Notes: generated by a model not told the origin, from the letters alone. Counted from the whole stretch's first letter, positions 1-12,241 are shown. The stretch: DNA of 63,918 nucleotides, filler included, from Hausera hauseri (GCA_046269625.1; 11 parts of 11 records of this genome joined end to end with filler, not necessarily neighbours in it), one strand, 5' to 3'. Numbers and translations are program-made.

Positions 1-516
1 GGCTATCAAAGGAATTGACTTTTTCTATTCCAGTGCATCCGATAAAGAGACAATGAGTAATTCATATAAAGATTATCTTGTCCATTCCCCGCCACTGAAA
101 TCATTTGTAATTAAGCCACATGAAGCCCAGCAACTAGCCTTTACATCTAACGACTACAATGAACAGCCAGAGGGGTCATTGGTCATTCCGAAATGTGGAA
201 CCCGCCGCTGCGAGACTAAGGTCCCGGCCGCCCACCCTGCGCCAGTGGGTCAGACGGTGCCTTTCGCTTCAGCCCCTCATCACGCCCCCATGCACGCTAC
301 TTTCCCCCTCCATCTTTCTTTTTCTAAACAATAAACATACACAAGTACATAGCATTGCATTTACACACTGCAACCATTGATAACTTAATCTCTATCTTAC
401 TCCACTCCTCTGATTTCCATCTTACACACAACGGATCTCTTGTACCCCTCGTTGGAATTCTACAATCTCCCTCAACCCACATCTTTCTCCATATTCAATT
501 TCGTATCCGTGGTGGC

Positions 517-1597
517 ATGGATTCGTCACCCACAATTGACACCACGGACAAAATCAATAAACCACAAATCCAGTACTCATTCATTTACCCAAACACAGCG
601 CTTCCAACATCCCTACACTACATACTCTCCTCACTCATTCACCCTGCACTGAATATTTTCTCGACAGCCAAAACTCTACTCAAACTTGGTTAAAACTGCA
701 CCAATTTTGGTTCCAATTGCAAAATGTTATCAACTGTTTAACCAAAGCCAACAGCCTCTTTTTCCTCTTACCAGCCTCCGTCAAAACTAAAATCACCAAT
801 ATAACCGATATCCTTCACCACGTTGACCCATATACCCAACTCTATAAAGCCGTTCTCAAGCTTACTGAGCATTTAATCGATTCAATTATTCAAAGGTTCT
901 TTAAGGACAACGCTTTGGGCCTTCAGAAGCCTTCTTAATTCCTACGCACATACTTGTTTCACCTCAACACCCTTGGCGTAACCTCTGAACACAGTCCCGT
1001 GCTTCTACGTCGCTATTTCTTAAATTCAATCCCCTTCAAATAAGAACTTTGCTAACTGTGGTTGAAGATTCCACGGCACTTGACAAGCTAGCCGAACTGG
1101 TAGACAAGGCATACGAAGTATTGCATTCACGTGCAGCACCAAATATCTCTGCAGCACTGACAACAAATCAACCACAACAAAATGCAATGCTGCAGCAACA
1201 AAGTGCGCAACTGCGCACAGAAAATGAAACATTACGAAAAACAATTAAGAACATTGACGAAAAACTAAACGAATTAACGCTGTCTCGACGGGGTTTTTCT
1301 GGGCCTGCTTACCCTGGTGTATTTAATCAACGTCAAAGACGGTCTCTTTCGCCCTCGCGGTAGTTTATTTGCTATTATCATAGCAAATTTGGCAACAATG
1401 CTCAGAAGTGCTGCATCGGTTGTAAATTATATTCTCTTAATTTCAATATAAGCAACATCGTTTGCATCTACCACTCAAAATTTGGCACAAAAGCACGCAC
1501 ATACCTACCTGCCGGTACATACAGCACACACAATAAGACCAACACTAATACGTTCACACAAAACAGTAGACCAAACTCACCAGCTCCAAAAAATTAA
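517..1597 (+). pseudogene. gag: gag (disrupted) with two CHCC-type Zn motifs
   Basis: ORF pieces 355-693, 717-938 and 1049-1363 are colinear with the copy at 16980-18050 on the minus strand; the frame ends AAAAAAT-TAA at 1588-1597. Confidence 0.8.
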
Positions 1598-1636
1598 TTT
1601 CGCCAATAGGGCGCACGGCAAGTCCTAGCAAAGGCA
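1588..1636 (+). promoter_or_regulatory. -1 ribosomal frameshift site (A AAA AAT plus stem-loop) at the gag/pol junction
   Basis: Heptamer 1588-1594 directly precedes the gag stop; the -1 frame is open into the protease ORF (1684); stem TAGGGC/GTCCTA at 1607-1627. Confidence 0.7.
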
Positions 1637-4600
1637 ACAACCAGCAAATACATAGCCGACACATTTATTTTGCTCTTTTCACGTTGAAAGCAATAGTTTT
1701 TACTCCAACAAAACAAAACATAAACTTTCTTATGGACACCGGGGCAGCCATCTCTCTACTGCCACCAACACAACACATACAGCACAATTACACTGCACAA
1801 AAGCAACTATTCACTGCGTCCGGTGAAGCTTTACAAATCTTTGGAGTTACCACATTGACATTCACCCTCCCACACTTCACAAATACATTCACATGGAAAT
1901 TTGCAATAGCTAATATACGCACACATATATTGGGTTCAAACTTTCTGTCACACTACAATTTAGTTGTAGATTGCAAACAATGTTCCTTAAAGATTGGAAA
2001 TAATCTTAATCAAATCAGCAGCATTTCGATAACCACCCGTGTGATTGCGTCCAGTAAGTCAATACTAAAAAAACGTACTACCGATTTGAATTATTTTTGT
2101 AATCATTTCCTATATAGAAATTTTTATTACGGTGACAAATGCGATATTGCCAACTGCGTGGCATCCATTACTAATAGCACAGCTGCCAACACCATTTTCA
2201 ACACGAACATCCTGCACCAAAAACCACCTAGTCGCAACACCTTGTCTATAACTCATACCTCAACTTCATTCAGTCACGATGCATCGACACCATCGGATAA
2301 TTTGTCATATTTGCCTTCTGATTTACAACAAAACATTTTGTCCTCCTTCATGCGTCTGTTGAAAAAGGACAAATCATTTGTACCACCTTAATCCACCTTT
2401 CATCACATAGTAACAGAACATCAAAGACCAATACGTCAAAAGGTCCGTCCGCTATCACCTTGTCAAAGACAGGCAGTGGAAGCTGAGTTCTTTGAACTTG
2501 AAAAATCAGGCATAATCAGAATATCGAAATCTCCCTGGTTTTCACCACTGCATGTTGTTCCAAAAAAGATGGTAACTTTCGCTCATGCGGTGATTACCGC
2601 CAACTTAATACCATAACAACAATAGATGCCTACCCTCTACCATTAATCAACGATATCCTCCACAGGCTCCATGGTTCGACCATCTTTTCCTGCATTGATC
2701 TACACAAAGCATGCCACCAAATTCCGGTGGCACCAGCAGATATTCCGAAAACGGCTGTCATTACACCTTTCGGCCTTTTCGAATACTTCTTTATGCCATT
2801 TGGACTCCGTAGTGCTTCCCAGAACTTCCAAAGGCATATTGATACAGTTCTTCCAGGTTTAGACTTCGCCTATCCCTATATTGATGACATCTTAATTGCA
2901 TAATCTTCCTCGAAACAACACTCCTAGCGCTTGCACCAAAACAACTTGCAAATCAATTTCTCCAAACACTCTTTCTTTCAACATAAGGTCAACTTCCTAG
3001 GACATGTTATTAGCTCCTCCGGACACTCACCTCAGCCAGACCGCATCAGACAGCTCAAAAACATTCAGCTACCACGTACATCAACAGAGATGCGTTCTTT
3101 CCTTGGAAACTTGCACTTTATTTATAAGTAAGTTCCACATTGCTCCACTCTAACCGTTCCATTTGCATCACTAAGCTTTGGCAAGAAGAAACAGTTTATT
3201 CAATGGACCGCCAATTTAGTCAATGCTTTCGATTGTCTCAAAGACAATTTGACAACGGTAGAAATCCTGGCCTATCCAGACTCCCATGCAAAACTCTTTT
3301 TAATCACGGACGCATCCACAACAGCTGCAGGTGCTATCTTCCATCAAGTCAAAAATGGATCCCATGGGCCATTGGAATTCTTTTCTCGAAAATTCACAGC
3401 ACAAGAGCAAAGATATTCCACCTTTGACCGAGAGTTTCTTGCAATGGTCCTTGCCATAAAAAACTTCAACATTTGCTAACTGCACGAACTTTCACAATAC
3501 AAATGGACCACAAGCTCTTGCTTCAAATTTTGGCTATGAAATCGCCTTCTCCACGTTAGGAGAGGCAAATATCGTATTTTTCAACATTTAGTTTTGTAGT
3601 TAAGCACTAAACGGAGCCGACAATTTAGTAGCTGACTTTTTGTCCAGATCGATCAGCTCGATTGATTTTACTCCATTTTTCCTTCAATCCAAACTTCAGC
3701 AAAACCAGCCACTTCTTGACATCCTTAAATCGCTTCAAAAAAGCATTCAATAGCATTCATTCGTTGCATTATTCCGATACCAAGGCCATTTTTCGACTCT
3801 TACAACGCCAAGTAGTATGGCCGTCAATGCGCTCTGACGTGCAGGCATGAGTTAGGCAGTGTGAGGCACGCCAAAAATACAAAGCTACTAAGCACCTAAT
3901 GTAACCACTATTTCATTTTCCCTGCACGTCTCGTTTCGAATCTGTCCACATTGACCTTGTAGGCCCATTACCCTTAGACAACGGACATCAGTTTTTCCTC
4001 ACAATGATAGACCGTTCCTCGCGATGGCCAGAGGCCGTTTCGCTTCGGAGCACCAACACAGAAACCACCGCAGACGTTTTCATCCGCATTTGGATCAGCA
4101 GGTTTGAATCACCTCGCCATATCATTTCGGACAAAAGTCCACAGTTCAAATTCAACCTGTTTAAAGCTCTTGTCAATCAATTGGGAATCAGCCACATTCA
4201 CACGTCACCATATCATCCCCAATCAAACGGCCTTTCCGAACGCTTTCACCCAACAATGAAAAGGTCTCTTAAAATTCTTGCTGAGTCCAATTGCAGTTGC
4301 ACTACACTCCTTCCGTACGTCCTGCTTGGCTGGCGGAACACACCATCTACTTCTACAGGCTGTTCACTTGCAGAAGCATTATTTGGCTCTTCCATTAGAT
4401 CATTATTTGAGCTGACTGAGCTGGACAATACTCCCACAGACGAAACCATATAAGCGGCACAGAGACACTTCGTTAAGATTAGCAAAGACTCATTTTGCAG
4501 ATTGTTACACGCAAATAAACCCTACATACACGACGATTTATATACTACCAAGTTCGTTTGGGTAAAGAATCAGACGCCGTGTGGCTTTCAACCTCAGTAT

Positions 4601-5593
4601 GTCTGCCCTTACAAAGTAATTCGTCTACAGTCTCACAACATCATCATTCTCAAAGACAACAAAGAAGTAATCGTTCACATCAATAATGCTAAACCGGCTT
4701 TCTTTCTAGACGATACGCCTCCCATCGAAACCACTTCTTCGCCAACATATTCATACTACGCGCAGCTATATAACAATTCACCTTCCATCTCTGCTCAATT
4801 TCTTAACCCACTCTGCCCTACGTCTTCTCCTATAAACTCCACTTCAGTTTCTTCTCACAATTAAGCCTCTTTCTTCCCATCTGATTTTGCACCTCCAAGC
4901 CCTCCAACACCTCCTCCATCACTTGGTAACAATCTACTCTCTCCTCTTACAATACCTCCTTTATCAAACACCATTTCGACTTCACCAATCTCTCCATCTA
5001 CACCTTTCATCATTTCAACCTCTTGCACACCACTTACCAACTATTTTCATTTGCTTTCTCCATCTTCTCGCTTTCTTTCGACTTGTACCTCTTCGCCGTT
5101 TTCTTTTTCTCCCTGTCCCTCTCTTTCCATGCCTTCCTCGTCTTCGGTGCTTTTCCCCCTTTCTCCTCACACATCAACCTTTACTCCTTTCACTTCCGCT
5201 TCACAACATTTTCATCTATTTACCTCTTTCCCTATTCCTTTTCCTTTCTCTACTACAACTTCTGTTTCATTTTCTACTTCCACTCTCTCACACAATTCAA
5301 TTCCAACCTCTACTCCCACTTCTCTTTCTCTTCCTTTATCCGCCACTACACCTTTAATCATTCCTTCGTCTTCAACAATCTCTCTTTCTCCTTCACCTTC
5401 TTCTTCTCTTCTTTCTGACTCGTTTTGGCATCACACAACACTTACAACAAAATCCGACAATTTTTCCCAAACTTCCACCTCCGCAAACAAACACACAGCA
5501 TAAAAACAAAACACGCGGAGTCACATTCAACAAATATAGCAGGGAAAAATCACTAGACGGCACCGAACGTCTTATCCACACTAAGATCGACTG
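1594..5593 (+). pseudogene. pol: pol (PR-RT-RH-IN) with a long Ser/Thr/Pro-rich low-complexity C-terminal extension (~4720-5500)
   Basis: Domain motifs as listed for the element; the pyrimidine-rich tail translates to S/T/P-rich sequence. Confidence 0.85.
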
Positions 5594-6419
5594 ATACAGA
5601 CACTTTTTTGTTTTGCGGTTTTTTCTCTTTCTTTTTTACCCTTCATAGTTTTCACTTTGCTATGAGGAGGGGGTGATGTGGTACACACAGCGGCCGGCAC
5701 CCTCTGGACCATTTGGTTGGGCACGGCCAGGCGTCCGTTGCCGCCGCCTCGGGCCCATAAGCGGGCCCCGATCTCCTTTCTCAAGAAGTAGTCAGGTATC
5801 AGTGGAATAGAGAGAATGGCAGTCTTGCAGTCGGTGACGTTTAGGAAAACATTGAATATGTGGAGAATGGATATTTTTCTTGTTAGTAACCTTTCAGACA
5901 ATCAACCCTTGACTGTTATTTCCTTTGCTTTGTTTCAAAAATACCACCTGTTTGAAAAATTTAACATCCATTCAAGCACCTTTCTCAAATTCATCCCAGA
6001 AATCATCCTTGTGTTACAAATTAATACCCGATAAACACAAACTATCACCAAGCATTATTGTACAATGATTCACCAGTCCTCTAAAATTATCATCTGCCTG
6101 TCTCATTTACGGTGCAATCTCAGCCACATTGTGACATTCTTGTCCAATTGACAAAGAAACAACGTCAGACCTTTAGGAAAATAATCTGTAAACAATGGTG
6201 GAAACGAAGAAAGTTGCAGATGCTGCAAGACATGGTCAGATTTGGTTTATCCGGAGGCTCGAGATTTTAAATCGATTGGAAGAAAATCGAGAGTGGTATT
6301 TTAAACCAAATATCAAAGGCAGATGAACCAAAATCCGTTGAAGGAAATGGCTGATCATTTTTACTGTTTTATACAGATATTTGACCGATTAATAGATGTT
6401 TATTGATTGATTCAAATCC

Positions 6420-7658
6420 TGAACCTATATTGGTTCATATGTACTATACAAACTGATAGGAGCAGAACTCAAAGTCATTGGGAGATTAATTGTATTCAAC
6501 TGCGAAGGTTATTAAGACACAAACCTCAAACTAATGAACAATAGTGGTTCACACCAGGAGAAGAGACTGTTCCACCCTCATTAAATTATGTTACGTTAAA
6601 GCAAACGACTGAACAGAATACAGAATACATCTAGCTCGATAAATAATGCAAACGCGAATAATAGAAACGCCTTTGAATAATACCCCTTCGACGATTTTCG
6701 AAAATCCCTTTAATTTGTCTACCATCACCTTGATAACTTTAATACTACTCAAATTATTTGGATGCGCGAACGCCCAACCAACTTTAACAACTACCACTAC
6801 CAAAACCTGTAGTAGTACAGTCGTATTATTGTTAATATCTGTATATTATGCTTCATAGCAGTACGGCATGTGACGACGAGGAAGCAGATAATCTCTCTTC
6901 GAATGACCACGTAAGAAGACAAGTACCCTTACCCTCAGTAGCCAACATGGACATCTATTCTGTGTCTAGCTTAGCAATTATTCCGCATAAACCACCACAA
7001 AATTCTTAACAAGATTTATCAAGACCAGTATCACCAACTTCCATTTATCCCGACTTAATAGGAATGCAACCTACAAATGAGTTTCAAACACCTGCCAGCT
7101 ACACCGTTATAAGTAAGAAACTGGAAGAAGCAGAGGAGAATATCAAACTCCTAAGGGAGGAAATTAAAAGATGCTAGCCGGATGAAACCAAGAAACTACC
7201 ACAGAATAATAAGATTAGGACACAATGAGAACAGACTTCACCGAACAAGTACAAGGAAAAGAAGTCAAACCAATCGAGCAAAATTACACAGAATTACCTC
7301 AACGGAAAGTGAAAAATCTGCCACCATTACCTTTAAGCAGAGAAGCTGAAAATCGACACCGACAGGAGAATTTCCTGTTAGCTACTCAAGAACGTATTAA
7401 CCATGCCGAACAATTAGTCAAGGGACCCATAAACAGTGTAATGGAACTAAGAGACTTTCTTGGTAAATAACACGAAAATTGTGGAATAACAGATGAACAA
7501 TATAGACCTATAATAAAAATAATATACGAAGACTTAAAATTAGATTTCAATACACTGACCCCATTGGATAAACTTCTAATAAAGATAAGTTGTGAAGAGG
7601 TATATTACACAATTCCCGACTTAGTTAGCCCAGGGAAATCTAAGCATAATGATTATGT
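6420..7658 (+). pseudogene. Decayed homolog of the large membrane polyprotein in contig 37181-41285
   Basis: NPFNLSTITLITLILLKLFGCANAQP resembles NPILLSTLVTCCLISGCAAQP. Ungapped 32-aa match YRPIIKIIYEDLKLDFNTLTPLDKLLIKISCE (7501-7596) vs FKPIIDTILIEFGKTYEEVSAEDKFLLLKSCD (39754-39849). Confidence 0.6.
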
Positions 7659-7758
7659 NNNNNNNNNNNNNNNNNNNNNNNNNNNNNNNNNNNNNNNNNN
7701 NNTTAATTAATTAANNNNNNNNNNNNNNNNNNNNNNNNNNNNNNNNNNNNNNNNNNNN
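7659..7758. other. Artificial contig spacer (first of ten)
   Basis: N44-TTAATTAATTAA-N44 gives stops in all six frames. The others are at 14235-14334, 21177-21276, 28804-28903, 32996-33095, 37081-37180, 41286-41385, 49342-49441, 53869-53968 and 59347-59446. Confidence 0.99.
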
Positions 7759-7835
7759 TGGGCTACCAGTTTCTGTTGTCTCCCCCAAATCTGTTAAGAA
7801 CACAATAGATTTCCACTTTCTTGAAGTCTCATTTG
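7759..7835 (+). repeat. Left arm of a perfect 77-nt inverted repeat bracketing contig 2
   Basis: Exact reverse complement of 14158-14234. Confidence 0.97.
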
Positions 7836-7856
7836 TGGAGATTTTAAGTGACAGCA

Positions 7857-8303
7857 TTTTGCACTTCTTCAAATTCCCTTCCTCCACTATGTTTAGGAAT
7901 TTTAACTAACTTTTCTCGAATTAATATTCGATTTTTAGTGTTTTCTGTCAACGTATTCGTCTAATTAGCAATCACATTCTCTCATGTTTAAATTTAGTCC
8001 ATACAAATCGGTGACCACATAATTTAGATCAAATATTAGATGAATATTTGATATTTCCGCTGAACATAATACAAATACTATAAATCGAATATTAACTTGA
8101 AAAAAGTAATGAAAAGTTTGTCAAAAATCGAAATTCCTAAACATAGTGGGGGAGATTTAAACAAGTGTGAAAATCTCAAATGCATTAAAATAATTTTTCA
8201 TATTATTCATTAGAGTTATATTTTACACGTCTCTGTATGACTCTTAAGCACAACGGATGGGGGGATTTGAACAAGTGCAAAACGGTCCCAAATGCATTAT
8301 TTT
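7857..8303. repeat. Degenerate inverted-repeat (MITE-like) remnant
   Basis: CCACTATGTTTAGGAATTT (~7884-7902) is the reverse complement of AAATTCCTAAACATAGTGG (8131-8149); an extra partial arm lies at ~8255-8303. Confidence 0.5.
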
Positions 8304-8488
8304 AATACCCCAATCTTAAGTAAATTTATTTCCTGACTACCTGTATGCTACAGGATTCGTCCAATCATTATTAATTATTCAATCGTACTTCCAACAAAGA
8401 CCTTCAAACAAAATTGCTCGACTATGTCAATATATCATCAAACGCCACCGACCAACAAACGCGCAAAATAAGAAAACGAACGCATCGA

Positions 8489-8824
8489 TCATTTCTGGAC
8501 ACATTTTACAAACTTCACGAAATAAGATAGCGGAATATTTTTCGTCGACCCGTAATAACGACGTCTTTTGAATTCGGTGGGTAACGACTGCAGATCGACT
8601 TTACTGACAATGCCGCTTCGGTCGGATTTTCGGCATTTAGTTGTATTCATCATCATTTCTGCCACTGACACAATGTTTCTTTCTGCATCCAGACCCAAAC
8701 CCTGACCGTGTTTCCATCCCAATTTTCTCATCAATTTCAGAGGAAACTACAAGGCCGCATAAAAAGATAATACAACATTTATACAATAAAACCCTCATTT
8801 CAAAGATCAATTTACCTCTGACAT
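8489..8824 (-). CDS. Small G-patch domain protein (2 exons: 8824-8816 and 8746-8489)
   Basis: MSE|FPLKLMRKLGWKHGQGLG G-patch signature; 69-nt GT-AG intron at 8747-8815. The start codon is uncertain. Confidence 0.7.
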
Positions 8825-8937
8825 TAACGAAATTTGATTTTTCTTCACATAGACTTTTTCGTAGAAATCTGATTCTTTAAATAAAGCTTGTCTGGCATTA
8901 TTTATCTATAATACACATTTATCAACACCAAATAAGA

Positions 8938-9117
8938 CTATTGTACATTGGACGTTAACATCAGCCATGCATTGGCCGCAGCACAAACTGATGCAACACC
9001 GCACGTCGATCCGGTTTGCTGTTGTTTAATTGTTGATATTAGTAAATCCTGGCATTGATGATCGGCTTTGCTTCGGCGCAGTAAGGAATTGCCTTCAGGA
9101 GAGTTTAAATCACACAT
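8938..9117 (-). pseudogene. Phytochelatin synthase-like N-terminal fragment
   Basis: LNSPEGNSLL...QQTGSTCGVASVCAAANAW matches the PCS pattern S-x-EG...Q-x5-CG-x-AS-x5-N; catalytic Cys at 9001-9003; no His/Asp exon found. Confidence 0.6.
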
Positions 9118-10598
9118 TGTAATGGATTGTCCATGAAACAAAATGTAAATTTCGACACAAACGAAAGCATAAAAAGAAACAAAGGAGATGATAAATTATT
9201 GCATCCACAATTGTGTGCATTATAAAATTAAAGTTATATAGTAACAAAATGTCATGTACAGACTATATTATCAAATGATAAATTTAATAATATATAAACT
9301 GTTAGATTCAATCTTACATTGCTGTAAACTTCTCTCAGCATGTTATAATGTAAAATAATTAGAAATAATATACAAATAACTGCAATATTTTTATTTCCGG
9401 ATAATGAACAGGAATCCAAATTGTGGTTTGACAATTTTAGACGAAATTGGAGAATCTATAGTCTAATATCGTATATATTAGGTTCCGAAATTTTTGGAAT
9501 TTTATTTCTGTACATTAATTCCATTTTGTTTTCTGTTTGGGTATTTAACAGTTTGTTGCAAGTCAGGGAAATGGATTTTATCTATTTTGTTAAAATATAT
9601 CTATATTATCGCTTTTGTTTATCTGTGCTAATTTCATTATTTATTTGTACCGTCGTTTTAAATTTAGTTCTATTTTTTAAATTTTACTGCAACGAGATTT
9701 CTATATAGTTTGGATATTTCATATCAAATATAAAGTAAATATTTTGTTATTAATCGTAAATTATATTTAATACTATTATTTGTGTGTTGCTAAATTTGCG
9801 AAATCGATTATTTCTTTTATACTGGTGTAAAATAAGTTGTTATACCTTTCTGGCTAATTACTATCTAATGTCTGTTTCTGTTGACTACACTTACATTACT
9901 GTTTGCATTTATAGGACAGAAATTATAATTGGATAGAAATGATATTACATTTTATATTTGTGTCTGTGTGTGTTGGAATAATTGCTTGTGTCTGTGTTTG
10001 TCCTTTCTCAAACTTCACCGAAAATGTTTTGTATGTACGAATTTAAATGGAAATATTTGGAGATATTTGGATAAGAGGCACTGTAGATTGTATTGCGATA
10101 ATGAAAGCAGAAGATAGTCAAATGTCGGTGGCTATGCGAATAAAAAACAATGGAAATAATCAGTTTTCTCTCGTGGCACTCGGTGATAAGGATTTGGTTA
10201 ACGGTGTGTCCCAATTGGCAATATTTGATTTGGAGGAGGATGTAAGTATATTCTATTATCGGGATTGTGTTCGTTCAATAACACGATACATTTACATATG
10301 AGTAAATAGTGTTTAACAATGAAAAAACACCCTGCATGGATATTTTATCGAATTTAATGTAAAATCCGGAACATTTCCATAATTATAAATTGAGCTTAAT
10401 AATCTATATAATACAATTTTATTACTATATGTTATTAATAATTTCATAATTTAATTATAAGTAATTTTCTATGTACTAACAATTTTGAAATCATGTAATT
10501 AATGGTATATTGAAATAAAATTGTACTATATAGAACATTAAGCTAAATTTTGCTTACGAAAAGTTTCAGTTTTTCTGATTATTTTATAATATTTTGCT

Positions 10599-10902
10599 TG
10601 TTCGCTTATGATGCATGGTAGAAACAACGGAAAAAAATTGAAGTCAAACAACATCTTATGAGCAGTGAAGTAATGGCAACATTTTGTATACAGTTATATT
10701 TTCTGTAGAATCCACTTGAAGTTTTGATCGATGCAATTTCCAATAGTGGTGCTCGATAAGATTCAACAAAAATCGGACGAGGTGGAACAGTTAAAAGCCA
10801 GGCCGTTGATGTGGCGCCACTCAGAAGAGTTAACAAGGCGATCGCACTTTGCACTGGGGCTAGAGAATCATCATTTAGAAATAGCAAAACATTTGCGGAT
10901 GA
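10599..10902 (+). pseudogene. RPS5: 40S ribosomal protein S5 (uS7) unprocessed pseudogene fragment
   Basis: LMMHGRNNGKKL, an internal deletion, a retained intron, then [44 protein letters not shown]...[11 protein letters not shown]; TAA at 10757-10759. Confidence 0.9.
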
Positions 10903-12241
10903 CTTCCAAACGGAACAGATCGTTTGCTAATGCCGACATTTTGCAGATGGAATCAAATTAAATTTTTTCAGGTCAGTTGAAATTGTGATTACTTTACAAT
11001 TTCACGTGTCGAACATATTTGCTAATCGAAATTTACAACTATAAAGACTGTGTATGCATCAAGCATTCTTCTTTTTGGCTGTAAGAAGGGAGAGGACTAT
11101 GGCGGAATCGGCTTCTGCTTTTACAAAATAAAAAAGTTGGTATAACTGGTTAGTCAGAGAGATAGAAAGTGTATCCGAAAGGTGTTGCACAAAATGATTT
11201 AAATGTTAAAGTATGTCAAAAGTCAGGACGAAAACAGGTTATCAAAATGCATATATTAGCACAACTATATAGAGTATTATATCTGACAATGAGTGTATTA
11301 TGTAAGATTAAATAAAGTAAAATAAACACTTTACAAACTCTTTGGACTTATTTCAATTATATGCGAAAACAAAGCAGGTGAACTCCAGGATTTCGATCCT
11401 CCGACTTTGCCGAGCAAAGTCTTCTTTACTGAGCATACTATCATATTCCTTTTAGCAGTGGTTATTAAATTAAACTTCGCCTCACGTATAACGTTAGTAT
11501 TTTTCAAGTTTCTGGAGGGAATTTATTCCCAAAATCCACCTTAAATAAACCACTGTTTGTAGTAACCAGGTTCATACTGTGAAAAGATTCATAAATCTAA
11601 AGAATGAAGAGACAAAAAATATCGGTTTCTGTGTCCTACAACCAAAAGGTAATACCAATTGTCTTAATCTGAGATATTGTAAAAATATGAAATTCACACA
11701 TGCACATCATTTTATAATAATTTGTCTTAAAACTGGATCAAAGTACTATATATGTTCCACAAGACAAAAGTATAACTAAAATATCAATATCGCGTTTAGT
11801 TGGAGGAAAATATATTTTTTACAAAAGGTTTAACAAATTATACCTGGAAACGACATTGATGCATAAAATTATTCCAATACATAAATAATTCTATTTCTTA
11901 CTAAACATGTGCCTTTTGTTACTCTATACATAGTGTGTACCTCCTTAAGTGTTACATTCTAAATGACGTGTTTAGTAGTTTCTAACGTAAAAATTTAAAA
12001 ACCAGAATTTTGCATTTCTATAAAGATATGTGAAAACAGTATTTGTAATTATCAAAATTTCTCTTCAAGAAATTGTCGAAAAATCTTAATTGGAAAATGT
12101 CACACAAGAACTGTTCATATATTTATATTTCATTTGTCCATTTGCAGATGTGGTATTTAATACTAGGACACGTTTTAACGTCGTTGTTTAAATGTCTCAA
12201 ATTAACGCCATGTGTAAATTCAGTCAATTGTCTAAATCAAA

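Larger units (their letters stand above)
194..5770 (+). mobile_element. Degraded near-full-length Ty3/Gypsy retrotransposon, CsRN1/Kabuki-like (gag-PR-RT-RH-IN)
   Basis: Gag CHCC motif CYYHSKFGNNAQKCCIGC (~1369-1422) and a second degenerate copy CIYHSKFG; protease FLMDTGA; RT GDYRQLN/MPFGL/YIDD; RNase H TDAS...YSTFDRE; integrase HIDLVGPLP, YHPQSNGLSERFH; PPT GAGGAGGGGGTGA at 5664-5676 followed by TGTGG. Many stops and frameshifts. Confidence 0.93.

Noticed and set aside
4887-5418. Hydrophobic Leu/Phe-rich ORFs resembling membrane proteins or env
   Set aside because: Alternate frames of the pyrimidine-rich Ser/Thr/Pro tail of pol.
7659-7758. Recurrent TTAATTAATTAA palindrome within N runs
   Set aside because: Artificial six-frame-stop linker; ORFs containing X and any adjacency across these linkers are meaningless.
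9934-10241. Exon-like sequence with a GTAAGT donor
   Set aside because: No recognisable family and no consistent gene model.
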